Notes: generated by a model from the sequence alone, not told the origin. Positions 38,498-49,544 are shown, numbered from the stretch's first letter. The stretch: 61,770 bases of DNA from an uncultured Methanosarcinales archaeon (GCA_964566535.1 CAZMIO010000006.1:1-61770); one strand, 5' to 3'. Translations and numbers: made by a program.

Positions 38498-39901
38498 ATG
38501 AAATATCTAAAACTATTGGTTTTCTTGTTATTCTTGGTCTCATTTGTTTCAGCATTCTCTCCTATCCCAGATACTTTTAGTGGAAGTGTGAAGATAAGTG
38601 GGGAAGATGCACCTATCGGAACTGAAATAGAACTATATGTTAATAATGATTATATCATAACTTATCCCACTACTGAGGTTGGGACTTATGAGATAGATGT
38701 AAAGAATGGTACAACAGGCAATCCAATAGCATTTAAAATATTGAATCAAATTGCAGAAACTGCAACAAGAACTGGTGGTTTAATAACCACTTTACCTTTA
38801 AGTGTTGAAGGCGATTTAGATGAAGATGGTGTGAATGACGGTGAAGATAACTTAATTGGTGATGCAACTAATATTGATAATAATTATGATAGTATTAGTA
38901 CTGTAGTTAATGGTACTAGTACGTTACCCGGTACTATGTCTGGAACTCAGACAGTTGAGATTAAAGATGGAGATGATGTGATCTTATCATTTAATTTTGA
39001 CTTTGATAGTGCTAATCTAAACTTTTATGACTTAGTTGTTCAGAAAGGGACTGGAGATCTTGGTTCTTGGTTGGTAAGTGGAATACCTGATGATGGGTTA
39101 GTTGGAACTAAATCTGCTTATGTTAACAAGTTAAATGATACTTCGGGTTATGTTTGTATTAAGGATTCTGCTATTACTGATATTGATGTAATTAGTGCTA
39201 AGTGTAATTCTACTGATGCTACAGAGACTCTTGTAAGATGTGATGGTGCTGAACATGATGATTATACGTGTACTGAGTCGGATGATAAGTATTATATTAC
39301 TGGATTAAGCCACTCCGGTGTTAAGGAATATGCTTGTACTGAGGCTTGGTCTTGCGGTGGTTGGTCTGGTTGTTCAGGTGGAACACAAACAAGAGGCTGT
39401 TCAGATACAAATAACTGTGGTACTACTCTTAGTGTACCTCCAACATCGCAAAGTTGTGATTCTGGTGGTGGAGATAATCCTGGTGGTGGGAGTCCTGGTG
39501 GAGGCAGTGGAATACCTGCTGGATTAAGGAATTTACCTCCTCCTGAGGATGAAGAGGAAGAAGTTGAGGAAGCAGTGGATGATGGTGAGGATGTTGTTGA
39601 AGATACTAGCGATGATTTGACTGAAGAGATCAGTGATTCTGAAGAGACTGTTGATTTAGAGCAGCCACCAGGGTTCTTACAGAATTTATGGGATGGGATA
39701 ACAGGGATGTTTACTGGTGGTCCAACAGGAGCAGTAGTTGTTGAAGGTGATAGAAACGCGAATCCTTTTATTGGTATAACTCTAATATTTGTAGTTATTG
39801 GATTAGGGACACTTTTCGTTAAGAGAAAGTCAATTTCTAAGTATTTTAAGGGGCGGGGAGAAAAGAAGATTTCGGAAGAGGAAACCGAAAGCTTTAAATA
39901 G
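38498..39901 (+). CDS. Surface protein with thrombospondin-1-like Cys motif, Gly/acidic linker and C-terminal TM (start revised to MKYLK)
   Basis: CTEAWSCGGWSGCSGGTQTRGCSDTNNC; signal peptide begins at 38498. Confidence 0.85.
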   Translation: MKYLKLLVFLLFLVSFVSAFSPIPDTFSGSVKISGEDAPIGTEIELYVNNDYIITYPTTEVGTYEIDVKNGTTGNPIAFKILNQIAETATRTGGLITTLPLSVEGDLDEDGVNDGEDNLIGDATNIDNNYDSISTVVNGTSTLPGTMSGTQTVEIKDGDDVILSFNFDFDSANLNFYDLVVQKGTGDLGSWLVSGIPDDGLVGTKSAYVNKLNDTSGYVCIKDSAITDIDVISAKCNSTDATETLVRCDGAEHDDYTCTESDDKYYITGLSHSGVKEYACTEAWSCGGWSGCSGGTQTRGCSDTNNCGTTLSVPPTSQSCDSGGGDNPGGGSPGGGSGIPAGLRNLPPPEDEEEEVEEAVDDGEDVVEDTSDDLTEEISDSEETVDLEQPPGFLQNLWDGITGMFTGGPTGAVVVEGDRNANPFIGITLIFVVIGLGTLFVKRKSISKYFKGRGEKKISEEETESFK

Positions 39902-39988
39902 GGGTAATGGTTATCACTCCTAAATAGATAATAAAAAAAGAAGTGGGTGGTATTAATATCATAAATATGGCTGTGGGGCTGATATAAA

Positions 39989-42900
39989 ATGAAAAACATA
40001 AAAAAAATATTTACATTAATTTTAGTTAATTTGATACTATTGAGTTCTTTTGCGGTAGCTGAAGTGCCTACACCGCTATCATTTCAAGGTGACGTAACCA
40101 TAGATGGTGAGTCTGCTGATCTTGCTTATATGGTTGAAGGTCATATAGATGATGCTCAGAGAGAGATTATTACCGTTGAAGAGTATAATGCTCCAGGACT
40201 TACTTTTGATGTACTTCTAGAGGATGTTGGAAAACTAGTTTATTTTAAGGTTAATGGTGAGAGAGTTGATCAATCTGATTACACTATTCCTGCTATTGAT
40301 TCAATCCCCCTGGATGATCCTATAAGTTTAGATTTATCAGTAAGTGCCCCTACAATTGTTTCAGCTATTACAACTTCTGAAACTACTATGACTATTACTT
40401 ATAGTGAAGAAATAGATCCTTTAACTGTTGATGAAGAAGATTTTATTGTTGATGGAGATGTTGCTGTTGATAGTGTAGATGCAGGTAGTAATGTTGTTGA
40501 ATTGACATATTCTGCAGGAATATTTGGAACTGCTGCTACTCCTAATGTTGTTTATACACAAGGTGGTTTGACTGATTTAGCTGGTAATTCAGCTGAAGAT
40601 CAAACTTTTACTGGAACTGAAGATGGAGTTGCTCCTACAATTTCAAGTGCAATTACAGGACATATTCCAAATTTTGGCTCTAGTACAATGGCTGATAAGA
40701 TTGTTGTTAAATTTAGTGAAGATTTAGATGAAGTAAGTGTTGTTGATACTGATTTTACAGTTTATGATAGTGTTGTAACTGGTGCTGAAGAGACTTTAAA
40801 TGGATATGTTACTTTAACATTGGAAACAGCTATTGCTACTGATGCAACTCCTTTGATTTCTATTGTAGGTGATGGTGTTGATGATTTAGCAGGTAATAGT
40901 ATTACTTCAGGAAGTGATACGCCTTTTGATGGTCTAAGACCACTTATTACTATAGAATCAGAACCAAGTCCAACAAATTTAGATACTATTCCAGTTACAA
41001 TTACATTTACTGAAGAGGTATGGAGTGATGAAACTTCAGAAACTATTGTAGTTTTTGAAGAAGCAAATATTGATGTTGTAAATGGTGCTGTAGAGGCAGA
41101 GTCTCTTAGTACAGAAGATAATATTGTTTATACGGCTAACATAATTCCTACTGCAGATGGAGAAGTTACTGTTAGCATTATAGCTGGTGCTGTAGAAGAT
41201 TTAAGTCCTAATCATTATGGTAATCTTGCTACTGGACCGTTTTTAATTAGTTACGATGGAACTGATCCTGAAATTTTAACAATTATGGTTGATGGAGATG
41301 CAATTTACAAAGCTGGAGATACAATTACAATTGATGTTGATGCACAAGAAACAGGTTTGACTGTTTCAGCTGAATTAAATGTTCTTGATAGTACTCTTTC
41401 AGCTGTAATATTAAATGATGATGACAATGATGAAACATATTCAATAACAACTTCTGCATTGGTTGAAGAAACTATGAATGAAGGAGATATTGAAGTTACT
41501 GTGACTGCAGTAGATGCAGCTGGTAATGTTGATAGTAAAACTTTTTTAGTAGTTCTTGATAAAACTGCTCCAACATATTCTGATCTAACGAATAATGGAG
41601 ATGTTGTATTTATTAATGGCAATATTGAATGGACTGTAACTGCAAATGATGCTGTTTCAGGAATTGCAGGTTATACATTTAGAGAGGATTCTTCAGGTGT
41701 TGAAGATGTTAGTGATGTTAGTGTGGGAGATGCCTTACTAACTTATGACATAATTGAAGGAGCTACTGCAACTGTTGCTCATGCTTACGTTTGTGGTGAA
41801 TTTACTATAGAAGATGCAGCTGGAAATTCAGTCGATACAGAACAAAGCTGTTTTACAGTTTTAAATAGTATACCTACAGTTCCAGATGCTGGTGATGTTA
41901 CTATAACTAAGAAAGTAGGAGATGACATCACTGCTGAATGTGTTGGTTCAACAGATGCTGATGGAGATAATATTGTATATTATTATGAGTTTGCAAATAC
42001 AGTTGATAATGTTGCACATATAACTTTTGAAGTTGATACTTATACAATTGAAGTTGCTGATGCACATGATGAGATTAGTGTAAGCTGTTCAGCACATGAT
42101 GGTATTGATTCCTCTGTTGGAAGCGCAGTAATCGGTGTTGTTACTATAGAAAATTCAGTTCCAGTAATTTCAACAATACCTACAGTTACATTTGGTGAAG
42201 ATCTTGAAGGTACTGTGACAATTACTGATTATGTGAGTGATGCAGATGAAGATGTTTTAACTTATTCAACTACAGTTGCTGAATTAGGTAATGTAGATGT
42301 AGTTGTTGTGGACGATGTTATAACAATCACAAGCAATACTGCTGATTGGAATGGCCAAGATGTATTTGATTTTGTTGTTAAAGATGATTTTGAAGGAATA
42401 ACTGTTCAGGAAGTTGATGTTGATGTTACTCCTGTTAATGATGTCCCTGATGTTGCTGATGATGTTAAAACAACTGATGAAGACACTGCTGTTGAAATTG
42501 ATGTTTTAGCTAATGATGAAGATGTTGATAGTGTTTTGACTATTGGAGAAATTATAACTCCTGCAAGCAATGGATTTGCTGCAATCATATCTCCTCTACC
42601 AGGTGAAATACAAAAGATTCAATACACACCTAATTCAAACTTCCATGGAGTGGATACTTTTGAATATAAAGTTAGTGATGGAAATGCACTAGGAATTGGT
42701 ACAGTAACAGTTACTGTTACTTCAGTAAATGACGTACCTACAATTGATTCAGATGCAGTAATAACTGTTGAAGAAGATAGTCACTATATATATGTTGTAG
42801 ATGCTAATGATGAAGATGTTGAAGATAGTACTTTAACATACGAGCTTACTACAAGTCCAGAAGGGATGAACGTTAATGAAGACGGAGTAATCTCATGGAT

Positions 42901-45900
42901 ACCGACAAATGAGAATGTTGGAAGTCATGATGTTGTACTTCAGGTTAGCGATTTAAGTGATGGAGTTATAACTCAATCATTTAGTATTGAAGTAACTAAT
43001 TCAAACGATGCTCCAACAGCTACAGTTTTGACTGAGCCTGTTGAGGGAGCAGAGATAATTATAAATTCAGTTACTCTGAAATGGGAAGCTTCAAATGATG
43101 TAGACCCAACTTCAGATACAATTACTTATGAAGTATTCCAAGGAATTGGAGATACTCTTGAGTCAGTTGGAACAACTGATCAAACTGAACTTACAGTTAC
43201 TGATTTAGTAGAAGGAACTTATAATTGGTATGTAAGTGCTAGCGATGGTACAACTACAACCGATAGCGCAACACAAAGCTACAATGTTGTATTGCACACA
43301 GCTCCTAGTATTACATTATCAACACCAGTTGATGATTCAGTAACTGTTCAAGAAGGTTCGAACTTAGTATTTCATGTAGAAGTTCTTGAATCAGATACTC
43401 CAGGGGATAAACCATTTGCAACTACATGGAAAGTTGATGGTGTAGATATCTTGATAGGGGAGAGAAGTGATTCAAATGAATTTTTTGAAGAGTTTGTATA
43501 TACTCCTCAAGCAGGAGATAGAACAGAACCTCATACAGTTAGCTATGAAGTAGTAGATAGTACTGGTATGTCGGATGAAATAAGCTGGGATGTCGAAGTT
43601 ACTGCTTTGAATAGGGCTCCTTCAGTAGATGCTATTGATGAGATACCTGATGCAACTGAAGATGAAGAGTATACATTAATCGTAACTGCTACAGATGAAG
43701 ACCTTGAATTAGGAGATTCATTGACATTTGCTATTGATAATGAAGCATTTACATTAACTCAAGATGATGGTACAACTGCAACTTTAACATTTACACCTAC
43801 AGATGAAGATGTTGGACCTGTTTTGGTTACTGTAACTGTTACAGATGAAGCTACCGCTGTTGGTTCACAAACATTTACAATTACTGTTGTTAATGTAAAT
43901 GATGAACCTGTTGCTGTTGATGATATAGCTGAAACTGATGAAGATGAATTTGTTATAGTTGATGTTTTGGCAAATGATGAAGATCTTGAAGATACCTCAT
44001 TGGAATTAACACAAATAACTGTACAACCAGAAAATGGATTTGCTGCTATTGATATGGGGGAGACTAATCTACCAGATGGTATTCAAAAGGTTAGGTATAC
44101 ACCTAATGCAAACTTTAGTGGTGAAGATACATTAACTTACGAAGTTATTGATGATGATGGAAGTAAATCTACTGCTGTTGTTACAATTACTGTAAATGCA
44201 GTAAATGATGCACCTGTTGCTGAAGATATCGAAGCTCAAGAAGTTAACGAAGACGAAGAATTAGTAGTTGAAGTTACTGTTGAGGATGTAGATATTGAAT
44301 CTGGAGATACGATAGATTTCAGCATTGGTAATGAAGATATAACTGGAATTACAATAACAAAGGACAGTGAAGAAGAAGACACTGCTACTGCTACAATTAG
44401 ATGGACACCTACAAATGATGACGTTGGTGAACATGAGATAATTGTTAATATAGAAGACAGTGAAGATGAAGATGATCCAAAAACATTTACAGTAACTGTT
44501 GCTAATGTAAACGATGTACCTACAATAACTGAATTCGGTCCTGAATTTGATGCTGCTATTGGACAAACAGAAACTATCCAATTTAGCGTAACTTATGAAG
44601 ATGTTGATGCTGTTAATGCTGCTGAAGTTAGTGCGGTATGGACTGTTGAATGGGCTGACTCAATCTTAGAGGTTGAAGCTGACGGAACATCAACAATAAC
44701 TGTTAATGGAGCAGATATTACAGAAACAGGAACTTATGATGTTGATGTAGTTGTAAGTGATGGATCTGAAGATACAGCTGAACATTCATGGAAGTTAAGA
44801 GTTGATAACAAACCAGTTTCAGTTGGAAATATGTTCAGAGGAACAATCTTCTCTATACCTGAAGCTGAGTTAGGAGCTGCAACTGGAGTTACAATTGAAG
44901 AAACAACTTATGGTAAGATTGACTTTGGTGAGAATGTTCTTAACTTAGTAAATGTTGTTGATATTAACAATGTTGTAAGAATCAGCAAAGGAAGAATTGG
45001 AATCGATACTGATAGATACGATGCATTTGATATAGATGCTGGTGATGAAACACCTATTACATTGACTATGGAAGGGCTTGATTTAACAGTAGCTCCTGAA
45101 GAGATACATTACACATCTGTATTTGGAGACTTAGACAGGGGATCTGTATGTGATGATTGTGAGATTATAAGCTTTAACAATGGAGATCTTGTAATTAGTG
45201 TTCCTGGATTTTCAGAGTATTTTATACCTGATGTAAACAGAGAACCAATTGCAAGTGCAGGTGAAGGAGTAATTGTATTTGAAGATGAAGAAGTTACATT
45301 ATTCGGTTCAGGTTCAGTTGATCCTGAAGGTAGTGATTTAACTTATGCATGGACACAAGATTCAGGTCCTACTGTAAGCCTATCATCTGTTACAGCAACT
45401 AATCCAAAATTCACACCTACAGAGATTGGAGATTATATCTTTAGTCTTATTGTAAGTGATGGAGACCTTGAAAGTGAGGAAGCAACAGTTACAATTACTG
45501 TTGTTGAAAGTAACTTTGGACAGTTGTTAGAAATCAAATCTGTTGATGTGAAGTCCTCAGGTGCGGATGATGAACTAAAACCAGGTGAAAGTTTAACTGT
45601 TGTTGTTAAGGTTAGAAACAAAGATGATGACATTAACTTAAATGATGTTGACTTAGACCTTTGGTTTGAAGATGATGAAGGTAAAAGACTTGAAGATGTT
45701 GACGGGGATGACTTAGGGGAAGAAGAAGAGTTTGACCTTGACAATGATGAAAGTGATTCATTTACCTTTGAATTTGATGACATTACACTAGATGTTGAAG
45801 ATGGAGATAAGTATACCATCCATGTAACTGTTGTTGGAGAGGATGAAGACAATAGAACAATGAAGTACCGTGATGAAGACTCATCTGAAGAGATTGAGTT

Positions 45901-46468
45901 TGTAAGAGAAAAGCACGAAACTGAATTGTTTGATGTTAGTGTTTCTCCAAACATCGTTAGATGTTCAAGAAACATAAATCTTGAAGCTAGTGTAAGAAAC
46001 ATTGGAAAAGACAATTCAGAAGATGTTACTTTAACTGTTAAGAGTCCAGAACTAGGAATCAGCAAGAGCGAAGATTTCGAGCTTGATGATGACTTAGATG
46101 ATAGTGACAGTGTTGGAGATATTGACTTTAGTTTTAATATTGGAGACGATATTGAGGCTGGTTTTTATCCGGTAACTATAGAAGCAACTTATTACAGAGG
46201 AAAAACAGAAACTGAACAAGTTGAAGTTGAAGTTGAAGATTGTACAAGGCAAGGATCATCCCAACAGAGTGAAACACCTCGAGTTGAGAGAATACCTTTT
46301 GTTCCACCTACTACACCAGGAACACAAGTAAGCCAAGAGCCTGTAACAATCTCATTCAAAGACAGCTCAACTTATGCAGTATTGTTGATAAGTGCTTTTA
46401 TCATCATAACTGGATTAGTTATCTTTGCTTTTGGTGCTATGATAATCATGGCAACTAGAAGAAGATAA
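39989..46468 (+). CDS. Giant adhesin-like surface protein, 2159 aa (Ig-like, cadherin-like/tandem-95, PKD-like domains, C-terminal TM)
   Basis: Repeated VNDxP.A.DD...T.ED....IDVLAND motifs; GSVDPEG..LTYAWTQ; terminal TM plus RRR. Confidence 0.92.
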   Translation: MKNIKKIFTLILVNLILLSSFAVAEVPTPLSFQGDVTIDGESADLAYMVEGHIDDAQREIITVEEYNAPGLTFDVLLEDVGKLVYFKVNGERVDQSDYTIPAIDSIPLDDPISLDLSVSAPTIVSAITTSETTMTITYSEEIDPLTVDEEDFIVDGDVAVDSVDAGSNVVELTYSAGIFGTAATPNVVYTQGGLTDLAGNSAEDQTFTGTEDGVAPTISSAITGHIPNFGSSTMADKIVVKFSEDLDEVSVVDTDFTVYDSVVTGAEETLNGYVTLTLETAIATDATPLISIVGDGVDDLAGNSITSGSDTPFDGLRPLITIESEPSPTNLDTIPVTITFTEEVWSDETSETIVVFEEANIDVVNGAVEAESLSTEDNIVYTANIIPTADGEVTVSIIAGAVEDLSPNHYGNLATGPFLISYDGTDPEILTIMVDGDAIYKAGDTITIDVDAQETGLTVSAELNVLDSTLSAVILNDDDNDETYSITTSALVEETMNEGDIEVTVTAVDAAGNVDSKTFLVVLDKTAPTYSDLTNNGDVVFINGNIEWTVTANDAVSGIAGYTFREDSSGVEDVSDVSVGDALLTYDIIEGATATVAHAYVCGEFTIEDAAGNSVDTEQSCFTVLNSIPTVPDAGDVTITKKVGDDITAECVGSTDADGDNIVYYYEFANTVDNVAHITFEVDTYTIEVADAHDEISVSCSAHDGIDSSVGSAVIGVVTIENSVPVISTIPTVTFGEDLEGTVTITDYVSDADEDVLTYSTTVAELGNVDVVVVDDVITITSNTADWNGQDVFDFVVKDDFEGITVQEVDVDVTPVNDVPDVADDVKTTDEDTAVEIDVLANDEDVDSVLTIGEIITPASNGFAAIISPLPGEIQKIQYTPNSNFHGVDTFEYKVSDGNALGIGTVTVTVTSVNDVPTIDSDAVITVEEDSHYIYVVDANDEDVEDSTLTYELTTSPEGMNVNEDGVISWIPTNENVGSHDVVLQVSDLSDGVITQSFSIEVTNSNDAPTATVLTEPVEGAEIIINSVTLKWEASNDVDPTSDTITYEVFQGIGDTLESVGTTDQTELTVTDLVEGTYNWYVSASDGTTTTDSATQSYNVVLHTAPSITLSTPVDDSVTVQEGSNLVFHVEVLESDTPGDKPFATTWKVDGVDILIGERSDSNEFFEEFVYTPQAGDRTEPHTVSYEVVDSTGMSDEISWDVEVTALNRAPSVDAIDEIPDATEDEEYTLIVTATDEDLELGDSLTFAIDNEAFTLTQDDGTTATLTFTPTDEDVGPVLVTVTVTDEATAVGSQTFTITVVNVNDEPVAVDDIAETDEDEFVIVDVLANDEDLEDTSLELTQITVQPENGFAAIDMGETNLPDGIQKVRYTPNANFSGEDTLTYEVIDDDGSKSTAVVTITVNAVNDAPVAEDIEAQEVNEDEELVVEVTVEDVDIESGDTIDFSIGNEDITGITITKDSEEEDTATATIRWTPTNDDVGEHEIIVNIEDSEDEDDPKTFTVTVANVNDVPTITEFGPEFDAAIGQTETIQFSVTYEDVDAVNAAEVSAVWTVEWADSILEVEADGTSTITVNGADITETGTYDVDVVVSDGSEDTAEHSWKLRVDNKPVSVGNMFRGTIFSIPEAELGAATGVTIEETTYGKIDFGENVLNLVNVVDINNVVRISKGRIGIDTDRYDAFDIDAGDETPITLTMEGLDLTVAPEEIHYTSVFGDLDRGSVCDDCEIISFNNGDLVISVPGFSEYFIPDVNREPIASAGEGVIVFEDEEVTLFGSGSVDPEGSDLTYAWTQDSGPTVSLSSVTATNPKFTPTEIGDYIFSLIVSDGDLESEEATVTITVVESNFGQLLEIKSVDVKSSGADDELKPGESLTVVVKVRNKDDDINLNDVDLDLWFEDDEGKRLEDVDGDDLGEEEEFDLDNDESDSFTFEFDDITLDVEDGDKYTIHVTVVGEDEDNRTMKYRDEDSSEEIEFVREKHETELFDVSVSPNIVRCSRNINLEASVRNIGKDNSEDVTLTVKSPELGISKSEDFELDDDLDDSDSVGDIDFSFNIGDDIEAGFYPVTIEATYYRGKTETEQVEVEVEDCTRQGSSQQSETPRVERIPFVPPTTPGTQVSQEPVTISFKDSSTYAVLLISAFIIITGLVIFAFGAMIIMATRRR

Positions 46469-46481
46469 TAATTTATTTTTT

Positions 46482-47297
46482 TTATTTATTTTTTTTGACT
46501 TCTATAAACTTTCTCATCCTATTTACAAACATTTCTGCTTCTCTGTAGTATTTGTCGTATTCTGCGCCTTTTATTTCTTTGATCTCTCTGTAAGTTATCA
46601 TCTTCATCAGTGAGTAGAATTTGCTCATTGTTTTTACATAACTTGGTTCTAAATGTCTTTGTTTGACCATCTTTTCTTGCAATAAGTCTGCTACGTGTGA
46701 GGGTGTTGGAGGAATTTCCCCAATCTTCATCAAAGCTGCATGAGCTGAGTCAATAACTGCCCAGTAAAGGTCTAATGTGGCCTGTAGGATGTGCCATTTA
46801 GAGTTGTGTAGTGTGTTTGGAGCTCTTACGAAATAAGTCCATATACTCTCCTGTGTAGGCCTTATTCTGCCTCTTTTAAGCAATGATTGTAATGGGTCAA
46901 AGAAACCAGTGTCAATTACTGCTACACCATCTCTTAATATGTTGATTCCTATTGGATCTCCATTCCTTATGTACTCCCAGAATGAAGTAAATCTTAATGA
47001 GATTACATGAAGTTTTGTGGAAACTTTTACTATTGTCTTTTGAATTATTATCCTGTATGCTTCTACAAGGTCTTTACTTAGAACTATTGAGAGATCATCA
47101 ACAACGATCATTACATCAATGTCTGAACCTTTCTTTCTTCTTGCTTTTCTTGTTGTTGAGCCGAATATTACTATTGCTTTTATGAATGTTCCTAGCTCTT
47201 CTTTTAGTTCTTTTGAGAATTTATAGACTAAGTCTAGATCATCCCTTGGATAGTGTTCTATATTTGGATTCTGCCTTCTAGGAATATCGAACTTCAT
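46482..47297 (-). CDS. Nucleotidyltransferase fused to a HEPN-like domain
   Basis: AIVIFGS...SDIDVMIVVDD; DLYWAVIDSAHAALM..GE.PP.P.H. Confidence 0.85.
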   Translation of the reverse strand: MKFDIPRRQNPNIEHYPRDDLDLVYKFSKELKEELGTFIKAIVIFGSTTRKARRKKGSDIDVMIVVDDLSIVLSKDLVEAYRIIIQKTIVKVSTKLHVISLRFTSFWEYIRNGDPIGINILRDGVAVIDTGFFDPLQSLLKRGRIRPTQESIWTYFVRAPNTLHNSKWHILQATLDLYWAVIDSAHAALMKIGEIPPTPSHVADLLQEKMVKQRHLEPSYVKTMSKFYSLMKMITYREIKEIKGAEYDKYYREAEMFVNRMRKFIEVKKNK

Positions 47298-47392
47298 ACG
47301 GGGATTATTAGGGATTAGGTATATAAAGATTTGTCACTTTTATGAAATGGTTACTGGAAAGGTTTATAATGGTAAATTCCTTACTTTTTTAT

Positions 47393-47974
47393 ATGGGGGA
47401 AATAACTTTTGAGGAAGTAAATTGGTATAGGGATAATCCATCTACTTTGACAACTAAAGAAATGGCTGTTTACAAGGGGATGTCAGTTGAGCAAAGAAGA
47501 GAAGAAGAAGACTTAGGGGAGATTACTAGAAAAGAATCACAAGAATCAAGATATTTTCTTAGAGGTAAAGCAGAAGCAATTGCGTTTATTAATGGAAGTC
47601 ATCCTGGATATGGCTATGGTCAGAGGTATATAGAAGCAGAAAAAAGTAATGAAGCGGTTACCTCTATTGGCTCTGGGCAAACTCAGAGACTAACAGAAGA
47701 GATTGTTCGCCCAGGAATGCATGCTCCTGCCCATAAAGTCTTTCCAGCATCATCTTTTCCTCGTAAATACGGTGGTCCTACTGCGATTGCTATTGAAGAT
47801 CCATTTTTTCCAAGTTCTGAAGATTTGAGTCCTATATTACGACCTTCTGAAAGACGGGATGTAGGTAGATTACATAGAACAACACTGGATGAGAAGGTAT
47901 TTGATAAATCTACTCTCCAGCCAGCTAAAAAACCGACTCTGGATCAAAACTTTAAAGGGGGATATAAATTGTGA
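47393..47974 (+). CDS. Hypothetical protein (ORFan; start revised to MGEITF)
   Basis: TATA TTTATAAT ~23 nt upstream of ATG 47393. Confidence 0.6.
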   Translation: MGEITFEEVNWYRDNPSTLTTKEMAVYKGMSVEQRREEEDLGEITRKESQESRYFLRGKAEAIAFINGSHPGYGYGQRYIEAEKSNEAVTSIGSGQTQRLTEEIVRPGMHAPAHKVFPASSFPRKYGGPTAIAIEDPFFPSSEDLSPILRPSERRDVGRLHRTTLDEKVFDKSTLQPAKKPTLDQNFKGGYKL

Positions 47975-48029
47975 TTGGTATTTTGATTTGATGACAAACT
48001 ATTTATAACAACAATCTAATTCTTTTGGT

Positions 48030-48863
48030 ATGTTAGATGAATTACAGGCTATATGCGGCTCATATATCAAGGCTTTGGACGTTTTGTATGTTATTGAGGA
48101 TTTAAAGCCTGTTTCTAGGGTTATGGTTAATGAGGAAGGGTATTTGCCATTAGTTGATCTTCTTAAAAAGAATAAGCTAGTGTTCGAAAGAGCTGATTTT
48201 AAGATTCAGAAGATGGACAAAACTAATTATTCTGATAAGGGGCAGAAACTGCCTATGAATTTTGAGAAGAAAGGCGACTATTTTCTATATATCTCTAAAT
48301 CTAAGGATATGGCTGCTAAGGCTAAGGAGTTAGAGGGGAAGGAAGACCATATTGAGTTTGGAAAGATATTGGGATATCCTGAATGTTGCGTTAAGTTTTT
48401 TAATCAAGAATTTCCCCAAGAGTCTAAGGGGAATAATGATTATGTTTATCCTGCTCTTAGGAATTCAGAAGGGTTTAGATTTCCTTTCTTCAATAATGTT
48501 GTTGCAAGACATCTTGATTTGAACTTGATAAGTCATTTTCCATGTAATTTTAATTGTAAGGCTTCTATTGAGATAGGCAAGAAGAATTTGGAGTGTATTA
48601 AAAAAATCTCACCTGACATTAGTATAATGAGTATAGGTATGCTTAAGGGAGGGGTATTGTATAATAAGAAGAGGGAATTGTTTTTGTTACGTGATTTTAG
48701 GGTTGATGGGAATAAGGTTTACTATAATAATGCGATAACTAGTGTTAATAATGAGTTGTTTGCTAAGCTGAAGGAGAATGAGTTTGTTGAAGTTTTGAAT
48801 CAGAATACTGTTATGGTTGGAGATATGGAGCTTAAGGATGTTGCTTTTATGGTTTTTGAGTGA
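48030..48863 (+). CDS. DUF483-like protein
   Basis: FGKILGYPECCVKFF and SHFPC.FNC..S. Confidence 0.75.
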   Translation: MLDELQAICGSYIKALDVLYVIEDLKPVSRVMVNEEGYLPLVDLLKKNKLVFERADFKIQKMDKTNYSDKGQKLPMNFEKKGDYFLYISKSKDMAAKAKELEGKEDHIEFGKILGYPECCVKFFNQEFPQESKGNNDYVYPALRNSEGFRFPFFNNVVARHLDLNLISHFPCNFNCKASIEIGKKNLECIKKISPDISIMSIGMLKGGVLYNKKRELFLLRDFRVDGNKVYYNNAITSVNNELFAKLKENEFVEVLNQNTVMVGDMELKDVAFMVFE

Positions 48864-49388
48864 TTATCTAGAATAAAGCGCAGCAAAAGTTCCGTTAAGA
48901 TTGAAGTCTTGTTTTTTTCTTAATTGAGTTGGATGGAAATGTGGGTTGTAGACAATGAGATTGCCCTTTAGTTCGTTTAAGAACTTAGTTTCCAATCCTC
49001 TGTGCATTGGTTGGTCTGGGTTAATGAATATGATGTCGTGGGCTGAGATGTTGTAATCTAGGAAATTGTGTTGTAAAAATCTTGCATTTAGCCCTAATCT
49101 TTGATTCATCTGTGTTGAGATTGAGGTGAGTTTAGGATCTATCTCAATTCCAGATGCATTTGTGAATAACGATGCTGCTAATACAATTCGGCCATCACCT
49201 GAGCCTAAGTCTATGAAGTTTCTATAGTTTTGTAGGTTGATTTTTTTGAATAAATCGAATGCTTCTGTTAAGATAGCAGGAGAATAGAATCCAACACCTG
49301 TATCCCACATAGGGAGTTGACCTTGCTTGAGCATATGATTATCAAAGTTATCGTACTCCCTTTTTAACTGAAGAAATTTATTTTCCAT
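48864..49388 (-). CDS. Class I SAM-dependent methyltransferase
   Basis: FIDLGSGDGRIV, GIEID. Confidence 0.88.
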   Translation of the reverse strand: MENKFLQLKREYDNFDNHMLKQGQLPMWDTGVGFYSPAILTEAFDLFKKINLQNYRNFIDLGSGDGRIVLAASLFTNASGIEIDPKLTSISTQMNQRLGLNARFLQHNFLDYNISAHDIIFINPDQPMHRGLETKFLNELKGNLIVYNPHFHPTQLRKKQDFNLNGTFAALYSR

Positions 49389-49443
49389 TGGATTAACTTA
49401 TTTGATTAGAATTATTTAAAGTTACCGATTTTCATTTTAACTT

Positions 49444-49544
49444 TCTATTGAGAGTTTTGAATAACCGGTTAATTTAGTTCAAAACCCCAATAGATTACTT
49501 TGAAAACCCCATTATTTAATGGATTTTGAGGGGTTATTCAAAGT
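49444..49544. repeat. Two tandem imperfect hairpins sharing TTTGAA(T)AACC(CC)
   Basis: 49444-49494 and 49497-49544; the second overlaps the stop of the 1005-aa gene. Confidence 0.65.
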
